Assembly: GCA_050042985.1 (NCBI GenBank)
Contig: JBHJIY010000237.1
Coordinates: 1 to 11,094 of the forward strand
Source of the DNA: Phormidesmis sp.
Lineage (GTDB): Bacteria; Cyanobacteriota; Cyanobacteriia; Phormidesmidales; Phormidesmidaceae
DNA: 11,094 nt
Reading direction: 5' to 3'
The notes beneath the pieces were generated by a model that saw nothing but the letters and a program-made list of their open reading frames with translations, made no database searches and was not told where the DNA came from. Within the stretch, counting starts at the first letter, position 1. Each line of letters begins with the position of its first letter. The position numbers were made by a program, and so were the translations under genes. Of this stretch, positions 1 to 6,989 are shown piece by piece.

Positions 1-483
1 GAAGCCAACTGCGTGGGCGGATTGGATGCCTGCCCATACGTCTTGCCAGCGCGATTTTCCCTTTCCGCCAATGATGGTCTTGAAGGTTTCAGCATTGAGT
101 GAATCTAGGCTGATGTTGATGCGGTTTAGGCCTGCGTCGTATAGCGGTTGTGCTAGCTCTTTGAGGCGGAAGCCGTTGGTAGTGAGGGCGAGGTCTTGAG
201 TTTGGGGAAGGTGGGCGATCGCTTCCACCAATTCCACAATGCCAGGCCGCAGCAATGGCTCACCACCGGTCAGCCGAAAGCGCGTAAACCCCACAGGAAT
301 AAAAACTTCCTTTAGCAGCAGCAAAATCTCATCGTGTGTCAGCCAATTTTCCTTGAGCGCATACTGAAGATCCGCACCTTCCGGCATACAGTACACGCAC
401 TGGAAATTGCAGCGATCGATCAAGCTGATACGCAGATAGTCGATGGGATTGGGCGCGGATAATGATTCGCGAATGGCAACCAT
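1..483 (-). CDS. moaA: GTP 3',8-cyclase MoaA (molybdenum cofactor biosynthesis), N-terminal 161 codons; gene continues beyond the window
   Basis: Minus-strand translation from the ATG (complement of 481-483) gives [36 protein letters not shown]...[12 protein letters not shown]. The CxxxCxxC radical-SAM cluster motif plus the RLTGGEPLL motif are diagnostic of MoaA. The frame is open exactly to position 1 (161 codons). This ORF is absent from the supplied track, probably because it is truncated by the window edge. Confidence 0.85.
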   Translation of the reverse strand, partial: MVAIRESLSAPNPIDYLRISLIDRCNFQCVYCMPEGADLQYALKENWLTHDEILLLLKEVFIPVGFTRFRLTGGEPLLRPGIVELVEAIAHLPQTQDLALTTNGFRLKELAQPLYDAGLNRINISLDSLNAETFKTIIGGKGKSRWQDVWAGIQSAHAVGF

Positions 484-581
484 TTTTATGTATTCGGGGT
501 TTTATCTATCCTCTATCATTGGCAGATAAATGACATGATGTGTGTGCTTTATGAGCAAAAGTTGTGATGCAGAAATTGTGA
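484..581. promoter_or_regulatory. Divergent intergenic region between moaA (-) and cbiD (+); presumed to hold both promoters
   Basis: 98-nt AT-rich spacer between two divergently oriented start codons, with -10-like hexamers (TATCAT, TAAATG). No element was identified specifically. It is too short for a cobalamin riboswitch and no Moco-RNA-like structure is recognisable. Confidence 0.25.
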
Positions 582-1682
582 ATGAGTGAGCCAAGGCGCG
601 GTTATACCTTACCTGTGTTTGCCTGTGCGGGCGCGATCGCAGCTCTCTACCAACTCAAAAGCAAAACCGCCTTAGACGCAGTTTCCCTCCATCTCATCGA
701 ACCAAACGAAACGGTAGACATTCCCATAGAGCAATCCTCTTTGCTTTCTAAAAATGAAGCGCTTGCCATCACGCGCAGTGATCCTGGCGACAATTTGGAT
801 TTGACGCGTAATACCCCAATTTGGTCAGTTGTCCGTTGGGCCAATTCAGAACAAGCTGAACAAATCGTGCTAGAAGGCGGGGAAGGTATTGGGCGACATG
901 CCAGCGGCGATGCCATTTATGCGTATGCCCAGAAGCTGATGATGAGTGCGTTGTCGGCTCAGCTGAGCGACGGCCAAAAGATTCGAGTGAAGATTATTTT
1001 GCCGGAGGGTCGGCGTTTGGCTTTGCGCACTTCTAACTCGGCCTTTGGGGTGGTGGATGGTCTTTCACTGCTAGGTACAAGCGGGATTGCGCAGCCTTTG
1101 AGCGCGCCAGGTCAACTAGCAGAGTATCGAGAAACGCTGAAGCAGAAGGCTGCTGACTATAAGGATCTGGTATTCTGTCTGGGAGAAAATGGTTTAGATT
1201 TGGCCCTGAAGTCAGGGATTGATCCAGACCGACGGCTGAAGACAGCGAATTGGATTGGCCCTCTGTTAGTAAAGGCTGGAGAACTCGATGTAGAGTCCAT
1301 TTTGCTGTTTGGTTATCACGGCAAGCTGATTAAGCTGGCGGGAGGCATTTTTCATACGCATCATCATGTGGCGGATGCACGGCAGGAAATTATGGCGGCC
1401 TATTGTGCGCAGGCAGGGTTGCAGACGGTGGTGGTTCAGCAGGTGTTAGAGAGTCCGACGACAGAAGCGGCTTTGCAGGTGTTACGAGGGCTAGATCAAG
1501 CTGGTGACACGGACTGGACTTCGTGGGTGTATGGCATTTTGGCGGAGCGGATTGATGAGCGATCGCGCGCCTACATCCGTACCCATACCGAAAGAACGGT
1601 TAAAGTTGGCAGCGTTCTATTCGATCGCAGTAGACAGATTATTACGACTAGTACTCAAGGAAACACTTTGTTGCCTTCTTAA
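582..1682 (+). CDS. cbiD: Cobalt-precorrin-5B (C1)-methyltransferase CbiD (cobalamin biosynthesis)
   Basis: 366 aa. Conserved CbiD blocks are present: RRGYTLPVFACAGAIAAL (cf. GYTTGxCAxAAAKAA), LEGGEGIGRHASGD (TGGEGIG), LLGTSGIAQPLS (GTTGIVxPMS) and FGYHGKLIKLAGGIFHTHHHVADARQEI ([23 protein letters not shown]). Confidence 0.88.
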   Translation: MSEPRRGYTLPVFACAGAIAALYQLKSKTALDAVSLHLIEPNETVDIPIEQSSLLSKNEALAITRSDPGDNLDLTRNTPIWSVVRWANSEQAEQIVLEGGEGIGRHASGDAIYAYAQKLMMSALSAQLSDGQKIRVKIILPEGRRLALRTSNSAFGVVDGLSLLGTSGIAQPLSAPGQLAEYRETLKQKAADYKDLVFCLGENGLDLALKSGIDPDRRLKTANWIGPLLVKAGELDVESILLFGYHGKLIKLAGGIFHTHHHVADARQEIMAAYCAQAGLQTVVVQQVLESPTTEAALQVLRGLDQAGDTDWTSWVYGILAERIDERSRAYIRTHTERTVKVGSVLFDRSRQIITTSTQGNTLLPS

Positions 1683-2062
1683 GAATCTCGTGATGTTCTA
1701 AGGGGCATCGGGTTTGCTACTGTAATTAAAAAGCAAATTAATAAACCAAGACGTCTCCGGGAAAGTACTGGAGAAAGCGCCTTTTTGCGCCAGTCCATTA
1801 TCTCAGCTAGTCCAAGACAAATTTCTACGCTCGACTGTCCAAAAAGTAGGTCTATTCCTGACGAGACCTAAGCTTTCGCTTATCCAGTTTTTGACCCAGC
1901 TTCTGCCATAGGTAGATCGTGCTCTTAACGTTCTAGCGTATTTCCTTCGCAGATTGCTCTAAAAGCCTCTAACGGTGCTTTACCAAAGACGCCAGCAAAA
2001 GAACTCAGGAGTGTCTATTTTTAGCACTCTCCACACCCGCAAACCAGACAAAAAGGATTATT

Positions 2063-3700
2063 GTGACCTCACAAACTTCCACATCACAACCCAAAACTGC
2101 CGATACCCCTGACCTTGGTGTTGCAGCAGGATCCTCCCCTTTGAACCGTCAAATGCTGGCGATTCTAGACTTTGGCTCACAGTACTCTGAACTGATCGCC
2201 CGTCGCATCCGCGAAACCGAAGTGTATTCGGAGGTTCTTTCTTACCGCACAACGGCGGAACAGCTTCGAAAGCTAAATCCAAAAGGGATTATTCTCTCGG
2301 GTGGCCCTAGCTCTGTATACGACAAGGGTGCACCTGCTTGTGATCCCGAGATTTGGAATTTGGGGATTCCGGTACTGGGCGTTTGCTACGGTATGCAGCT
2401 GATGGTGAAGCAGCTGGGTGGCCAGGTTGAGCGGGCAGAGCGCGGCGAGTACGGTAAAGCGGCATTGTTGATCGATGAAGTTGCTGGCTTGCTAAGTGAG
2501 GTAGAAGAAGCTTCGACGATGTGGATGAGTCACGGTGATTCGGTGACTCAGCTACCCGATGGATTTACGGTGTTGGCGCATACGGAGAATACGCCGCAGG
2601 CGGCGATCGCACATCCACAAAAGCGATTCTACGGCGTCCAGTTTCATCCAGAAGTCGTTCACTCAAAAGGTGGCAGCGCTCTAATACGCAACTTCGTGTA
2701 CGACGTGTGTGAGTGTGAACCCACTTGGACTACTGAAGCTTTTGTTGAAGAAGCGATTCGCGAAGTACGTGCCAAAGTTGGCGATCAGCGCGTTTTACTA
2801 GCGCTCTCTGGTGGCGTAGATTCCTCCACCTTGGCCTTCCTTTTGCACAAGGCGATAGGCGACCAGCTTACCTGCATGTTTATCGATCAAGGGTTCATGC
2901 GTAAGCGCGAGCCTGAGCGGTTAATCGAGATCTTCGATAAGCGTTTTCACATCAATGTGGAATATATCAATGCGGGCGATCGCTTTCTCGAAAAGGTCAA
3001 AGGCGTCACCGACCCCGAGGAAAAGCGAAAAATCATCGGCCACGAATTCATTCGCGTCTTTGAAGAAGAATCCACTCGCCTGGGTCCCTTCGATTACCTA
3101 GCGCAAGGCACTCTATATCCAGACGTTATCGAGTCTGCGGATACGAATGTAGATCCTCAAACAGGTGAAAAAGTCGCCGTCAAAATCAAAAGTCATCACA
3201 ACGTGGGTGGCTTACCAAAAGATTTACGATTTAAGCTAATTGAGCCGCTGCGAAAGCTTTTCAAAGACGAAGTACGCAAGGTAGGAACGGCAGTGAACTT
3301 GCCAGATGACATTGTGAGACGTCATCCTTTCCCCGGTCCTGGTCTGGCGATTCGCATTTTGGGTGAAGTGACTCCAGAGCGGCTACGTATCTTGCGTGAA
3401 GCGGACTATATTATCCGCCAAGAAATTCGCCGTAGTGATAGCTATCATGATTTCTGGCAGGCTTTTGGTGTGCTGCTACCGGTGCGCAGCGTGGGTGTCA
3501 TGGGTGACCAGCGCACGTATGCATATCCGATTGTGCTGCGCCTAGTGAGCAGTGAAGATGGGATGACAGCGGACTGGTCGCGTGCACCGTACGAACTGCT
3601 AGAGAGTATCTCAAACCGTGTGGTTAATGAGGTAGACGGTGTGAATCGTGTGGTTTATGACATTACTTCTAAGCCGCCTGGCACTATTGAGTGGGAATAG
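2063..3700 (+). CDS. guaA: GMP synthase (glutamine-hydrolysing)
   Basis: 545 aa. N-terminal glutamine amidotransferase domain ([29 protein letters not shown]), PP-loop ATP pyrophosphatase motif SGGVDSS, and the typical C-terminus PPGTIEWE. The GTG start at 2063 is preceded by AAGGA 5 nt upstream. An alternative ATG start at 2153 ([11 protein letters not shown]) would remove a 30-aa N-terminal extension. Confidence 0.93.
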   Translation: MTSQTSTSQPKTADTPDLGVAAGSSPLNRQMLAILDFGSQYSELIARRIRETEVYSEVLSYRTTAEQLRKLNPKGIILSGGPSSVYDKGAPACDPEIWNLGIPVLGVCYGMQLMVKQLGGQVERAERGEYGKAALLIDEVAGLLSEVEEASTMWMSHGDSVTQLPDGFTVLAHTENTPQAAIAHPQKRFYGVQFHPEVVHSKGGSALIRNFVYDVCECEPTWTTEAFVEEAIREVRAKVGDQRVLLALSGGVDSSTLAFLLHKAIGDQLTCMFIDQGFMRKREPERLIEIFDKRFHINVEYINAGDRFLEKVKGVTDPEEKRKIIGHEFIRVFEEESTRLGPFDYLAQGTLYPDVIESADTNVDPQTGEKVAVKIKSHHNVGGLPKDLRFKLIEPLRKLFKDEVRKVGTAVNLPDDIVRRHPFPGPGLAIRILGEVTPERLRILREADYIIRQEIRRSDSYHDFWQAFGVLLPVRSVGVMGDQRTYAYPIVLRLVSSEDGMTADWSRAPYELLESISNRVVNEVDGVNRVVYDITSKPPGTIEWE

Positions 3701-3870
3701 CCCCGTCTGGAAATGGGTATTCATCTGCTGTATCTGTCCATAGTCCGTAGCCACCTTTCGTGGTTTACGGCACAATAGACCTACAGTAGCGGTGTACTTT
3801 TCGCTTCCTGGCTTTCCCGCTTCTTTCTTGTTTACCAGTATTCTTAGTCAATTTAGCTCTTCCCCCGCCA

Positions 3871-4274
3871 TGAACTCTGACTCATTGCTCGAACTCATCC
3901 AAAAAGGCTATCGCGTCACGCTAGGTGCGGCTTCCACTGCTGTAGAAGCGGTGCAAGATCCTCAGCGCACGGCTGATGAATTTTCGGCAATTGGTACAGA
4001 CTGGGAGCGCCTGGCAGACAAGCTTGAAGTGCGCGGTGCTCTCACAGAAAAAGAAGCCCGTGACTTTGTAGAAGGCGTAACGAGCCAAATGCCCGAGCCT
4101 TTTCGCAGTGCCTCGTCTCCTTTTACTTCAGGTGAGCCTGCTGAACCGCCTACCGTGACGACGGTTGCGACGCCTGTAGTGGATACTGAGCTGCAAGCAG
4201 AAGTGACGTCTTTGACTGAAGAGTTGATTGCGATCCGTCAGGAAATCGAAGCGTTGAAAAACAAAGACGCATAA
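3871..4274 (+). CDS. Small phasin-family-like protein (COG3937-like N-terminus) with Pro/Thr-rich linker and C-terminal coiled-coil; hypothetical
   Basis: The track ORF is 3792-4274, but its first 26 aa (MYFSLPGFPASFLFTSIL...) look non-coding. The likely start is the ATG at 3871 (MNSDSLLELIQKGYRVTLGAASTAVEAVQD...). The N-terminal LIQKGYxxxLGAASxAVE block resembles cyanobacterial 'phasin family' proteins, and the C-terminus (TEELIAIRQEIEALKNK) is coiled-coil-like. The family assignment is from memory, not a search. Confidence 0.5.
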
Positions 4275-4281
4275 TCCTTAA

Positions 4282-4299
4282 CTACTCGTATTAATATCG
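4282..4299. repeat. Left copy of imperfect direct repeat flanking the xisHI cassette (CTACTCGTATTAATATCG)
   Basis: Matches 5174-5190 (CTAGTTGTATTGATTCG) at about 14 of 17 positions with one 1-nt gap. Aligned by eye. Confidence 0.3.
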
Positions 4300-4310
4300 A
4301 ATATCTGGGT

Positions 4311-4349
4311 AGAAAGCAGATCTAGCGGTAAAGCCAAGGTCTGCTTTCT
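4311..4349. terminator. Strong hairpin between convergent genes (phasin-like + / xisI -); candidate bidirectional terminator lacking a U-tract
   Basis: AGAAAGCAGA (4311-4320), a 19-nt loop, then TCTGCTTTCT (4340-4349). This is a perfect 10-bp stem. A TTTTT run follows about 20 nt downstream on the plus strand (4369-4373). There is no adjacent T-run on either strand. Confidence 0.4.
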
Positions 4350-4388
4350 AGTGTGTAGGTGTATCTCAGTCTTTTTAGAAGGAAGCTG

Positions 4389-4763
4389 TCAAGCAACTGC
4401 ATATTCCGTTTGTTCACGTACTTCAACCGGCTGAAATGCTAAAACGATCCGCTCTTTAGGTACACCTGCTGCGACTAACTCCTTTGTGATGCTGTCTTCA
4501 ATTCCGTCGTAGTGCATCCAAATCTTACTGTCGCGGATTTCAGCATGGACGATGCAACCGTGAACTCGGCGATGACCTTCCCACCCTTCGTTCATCAGCA
4601 TGAAATGGCTTCTATCTTCGCTGGTGACAACATAGGTTTTGATGTCTCCATAGCGATAAGGTATGTCAGCGTAGTACTGAAGGCTACTCCTGATTGCTTC
4701 TCGCCACTGCTCCAACGTATCTACTGTGACATCTGTCAGATGAGTATCTATTGAGGTATCCAT
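4389..4763 (-). CDS. xisI: XisI family protein (fdxN-element excision controlling factor homolog)
   Basis: 124 aa. The YRYGDIKTYVVTSEDRSHFMLMNEGWEGHRRVHGCIVHAEIRDSKIWMHYDGIEDSITKELVAAGVPKERIVLAF block matches the XisI family (Pfam XisI; Anabaena PCC 7120 XisI). Its start overlaps the xisH stop by 16 nt, the usual xisH-xisI operon arrangement. Confidence 0.85.
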   Translation of the reverse strand: MDTSIDTHLTDVTVDTLEQWREAIRSSLQYYADIPYRYGDIKTYVVTSEDRSHFMLMNEGWEGHRRVHGCIVHAEIRDSKIWMHYDGIEDSITKELVAAGVPKERIVLAFQPVEVREQTEYAVA

Positions 4764-5167
4764 CGAATAATTTCCTCAGTTTTAGGATCAAACACAATAA
4801 TTCTAAAGTCAGGTTCTTCTAAAAGGAGTTGACCTGCTTCCTCAAGAAAAATGGTATCAAACGTCGTTGAACTTACTGCCAAATACAAAATACGATCTGG
4901 CTCTCGACGCTGAAGTGTCCTGGCGTACATGAAGAATTGCCCCCACGCATTTTCTAGATCGTTGAGCGGAGAAGGGCTAGAAAAACTTTTGATTTCGACC
5001 GCAATCTTGTCTGCGCCTTTTTCAGCTGCGATGAGCTTTTCAGCGCCAAGGTCTATGTGGACAGAGCGTAAGCCCAACTTTAGCGTTAGCGGATCGTCTG
5101 TGATCGTCCAGCCATCTCTGATGAGAGCTGCCTTCACAGTATCATGATGAAAATCCTTGGCTGGCAT
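4748..5167 (-). CDS. xisH: XisH family protein (endonuclease-fold; fdxN-element excision controlling factor homolog)
   Basis: 139 aa. MPAKDFHHDTVKAALIRDGWTITDDPLTLK...DLGAEKLIAAEKGADKIAVEIKSF is the characteristic XisH N-terminus (Pfam XisH). It lies immediately upstream of xisI and overlaps it. Confidence 0.85.
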   Translation of the reverse strand: MPAKDFHHDTVKAALIRDGWTITDDPLTLKLGLRSVHIDLGAEKLIAAEKGADKIAVEIKSFSSPSPLNDLENAWGQFFMYARTLQRREPDRILYLAVSSTTFDTIFLEEAGQLLLEEPDFRIIVFDPKTEEIIRWIPQ

Positions 5168-5173
5168 AGAACA

Positions 5174-5190
5174 CTAGTTGTATTGATTCG
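5174..5190. repeat. Right copy of imperfect direct repeat flanking the xisHI cassette (CTAGTTGTATTGATTCG)
   Basis: See the left copy at 4282-4299. It lies 7 nt beyond the xisH start codon, in the xisH-hisA spacer. Confidence 0.3.
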
Positions 5191-5225
5191 TGGTGCCGTT
5201 AGTTCATTACGGCGAAGACTTGGCC

Positions 5226-6002
5226 TTAGGCGATCGCACTTCCCATCCCACCTTCAGGCGGTACATCTTGCCAACGGCCTTGACCCACTGCGCGGATAGC
5301 CTGCTTCAGAGAAACATCGCCTGTGTATAGTGCCTTACCAACGATCACACCAGACACGCCAGATGTTACAAGGCTCAAAAGGCTGAGTAAGTCTGAGACT
5401 GAACTAACGCCGCCCGATGCAATCACAGGCGTATCAATAGCGGTGGCTAACTCTCTAAGCGCTTCTAAGTTTGGTCCTTTCATGGTGCCATCGCGCTTGA
5501 TATCGGTGTAGATAATCTCTGCCGCGCCCATGTCACCCATCCGTTTCGCGAGTTCTATAGCCATTACTTCAGAGGTCTCTAGCCAGCCGCGAGTTGCCAC
5601 TTTGCCTTCGCGGGCATCGATACCCACGATGATTTGGCCAGGAAATTTTTCGCACAGCTGACCGACCAAGGCTGGATTTTCAACGGCGACAGTGCCTAAA
5701 ATTGCATACTGTACGCCGAGCTCGAATAGGGCACTTACTCGTTCAGCATCACGTAAGCCACCGCCGACTTCAATCGGGATATCTATTGCGTCTGCGATCG
5801 CTCTAATCGCTTGCCAGTTTTCTGGCTTCCCAGCTTTCGCGCCATCCAAATCAACGAGGTGTAAACGGGTCGCACCCTCAGCCGCCCATTGCTGTGCGAC
5901 TTCTACAGGGTTGTCGTTGAATATTTGAGACTGCTCGTAGTCTCCCTGAAACAGCCGTACGCAGCGGCCTTCTAACAGGTCAATAGCGGGGATGACATCC
6001 AT
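5226..6002 (-). CDS. hisA: 1-(5-phosphoribosyl)-5-[(5-phosphoribosylamino)methylideneamino]imidazole-4-carboxamide isomerase HisA
   Basis: 258 aa. The [23 protein letters not shown]-terminus and the (beta/alpha)8 phosphate-binding motifs (GGGLRD, ASGGVSS) identify it as HisA rather than HisF. Confidence 0.92.
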   Translation of the reverse strand: MDVIPAIDLLEGRCVRLFQGDYEQSQIFNDNPVEVAQQWAAEGATRLHLVDLDGAKAGKPENWQAIRAIADAIDIPIEVGGGLRDAERVSALFELGVQYAILGTVAVENPALVGQLCEKFPGQIIVGIDAREGKVATRGWLETSEVMAIELAKRMGDMGAAEIIYTDIKRDGTMKGPNLEALRELATAIDTPVIASGGVSSVSDLLSLLSLVTSGVSGVIVGKALYTGDVSLKQAIRAVGQGRWQDVPPEGGMGSAIA

Positions 6003-6080
6003 TCAATTCAAAGCTCTTTTGTATGTTCTCTTGATGCGCTCGGCCTAGATTGTATCAAGAAAGACTATCGCTATTGCTGA

Positions 6081-6899
6081 CTAGAATGAGTTGAAGCTTT
6101 CTAGCAGCAGTTGAATTCTGTCACCGTCTGGAGCATTGGGGTGCGATCGCAAATACCCCTTCAAGTCATGCCGTGCCAGCTCGTAATTCTGCATTCGGTG
6201 ATGCAAAAGGCCGCGATCGCGCATTTGCCCAGCCGCTTCCGGCATTAATATCAGCAGCTTATCCAGCACGCTCACCGCCTCAGCATCGGCTTCCTGCTGA
6301 ATGTAAATTGCCTTCAAATTCATCAGCATCCTAGCCAAGAAAGGCTTCGGCATTACTCCGCTCAAAAACTCAGATTTCCACTGTGAGTGCGGAAACAGCT
6401 GATGAAATTTTTGCTTACAGTCTGCCAAGAAGAGCACTTCGCCCTGGTGAAATGGATCGACAAATACCTCCATTTCTTCGATGACGGGCCGCACCAAAAA
6501 ATGACCTGGCATCCCCACACCGACCATAGGAAAACGTAGCCGATGAGCAATCTCCAAATACACCAGTGACAGCGAAATTGGAATGCCGATGCGCCGGTCG
6601 ATAACGCAGTTGAGATGGCTGTTGTCAGCGCTGTAGTAGTCCTTGATATTACCGGTGAACTTGAGATCGGTGAAGAGGTAGTCGTTGATGGCTTGAATGA
6701 CTTTGAGCGGATAGCGCCGAGCGGGAAGGCGCGATCGCACCGCAGAGGCCATATCGTCCAGTGCTTCCAAATAACGGCTTGGATCCATGTCCCAGTATTC
6801 TTCCTGGGCAATGTATAGTGCTGCGGCTGCTAGGTTAATTCGCCCGTCGGCTTTTTGAACTTCCTGATAAAAACGTTGCCCAGCAGGGGAAAGTCTCAT
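6081..6899 (-). CDS. SirB1-like / YchA (UPF0162) family protein: transglutaminase-like domain plus C-terminal TPR-like region
   Basis: The track ORF is 6081-6920 (279 aa) starting at a TTG. That TTG lies inside the 6920-6944 hairpin, so the ATG at 6897-6899 (MRLSPAGQRFYQEV...) is the more plausible start. The IDRRIGIPISLSLVYLEIAHRLRFPMVGVGMPGHFLVRP...VFVDPFHQGEV core is typical of the transglutaminase-like superfamily found in SirB1-type proteins. The C-terminal approx. 80 aa look TPR/helical. Confidence 0.65.
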   Translation of the reverse strand: MRLSPAGQRFYQEVQKADGRINLAAAALYIAQEEYWDMDPSRYLEALDDMASAVRSRLPARRYPLKVIQAINDYLFTDLKFTGNIKDYYSADNSHLNCVIDRRIGIPISLSLVYLEIAHRLRFPMVGVGMPGHFLVRPVIEEMEVFVDPFHQGEVLFLADCKQKFHQLFPHSQWKSEFLSGVMPKPFLARMLMNLKAIYIQQEADAEAVSVLDKLLILMPEAAGQMRDRGLLHHRMQNYELARHDLKGYLRSHPNAPDGDRIQLLLESFNSF

Positions 6900-6919
6900 G
6901 GGTTCAGTGCGAAATGACA

Positions 6920-6944
6920 AAAGCAGCCGGGTTAGGGCTGCTTT
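6920..6944 (-). terminator. Hairpin downstream of flotillin-1 (minus-strand orientation); candidate intrinsic terminator
   Basis: Plus-strand AAAGCAGCC (6920-6928), loop GGGTTAG, then GGCTGCTTT (6936-6944). The 9-bp stem contains GC pairs. In minus-strand orientation the stem ends in TTTT and is followed by GTCATTTCG. It sits 46 nt after the flotillin stop and immediately before the SirB1-like start. Confidence 0.4.
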
Positions 6945-6989
6945 ATTGTATAGCGGACTTGAGTTGATATTAGGACTGATATTGCTCGA

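Noticed and set aside
484-581. Cobalamin riboswitch upstream of cbiD or Moco riboswitch upstream of moaA
   Set aside because: The shared 98-nt spacer is too short for a cobalamin riboswitch. No conserved B12-box or Moco-motif core could be recognised by eye. This would need a covariance-model scan to rule out fully.
647-916. 89-aa minus-strand ORF inside cbiD
   Set aside because: It is embedded antisense in a confidently identified cbiD. Its Pro/Ser/Arg-rich low-complexity translation is typical of a shadow ORF in GC-rich coding DNA.
2058-2282. 74-aa minus-strand ORF overlapping the guaA start
   Set aside because: Antisense to the guaA N-terminus, with no start context and no recognisable family. 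Shadow ORF.
3792-3870. N-terminal extension (GTG start at 3792) of the phasin-like ORF
   Set aside because: The first 26 residues (MYFSLPGFPASFLFTSILSQFSSSP) look like translated non-coding DNA. The ATG at 3871 begins the conserved-looking block, so the shorter start is preferred. This is uncertain.
4512-5147. Plus-strand ORFs 4512-4754 and 4929-5147 antisense to xisI and xisH
   Set aside because: Both lie fully within confidently assigned minus-strand genes and have no homology or start signals.
5323-5928. Plus-strand ORFs 5323-5511 and 5692-5928 antisense to hisA
   Set aside because: Shadow ORFs of a GC-rich, well-conserved hisA gene.
6362-6818. ORFs 6362-6811 (-) and 6615-6818 (+) overlapping the SirB1-like gene
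   Set aside because: Alternative-frame or antisense ORFs with Ser/Thr/Pro-rich nonsense-like translations. The transglutaminase-like frame explains this DNA.
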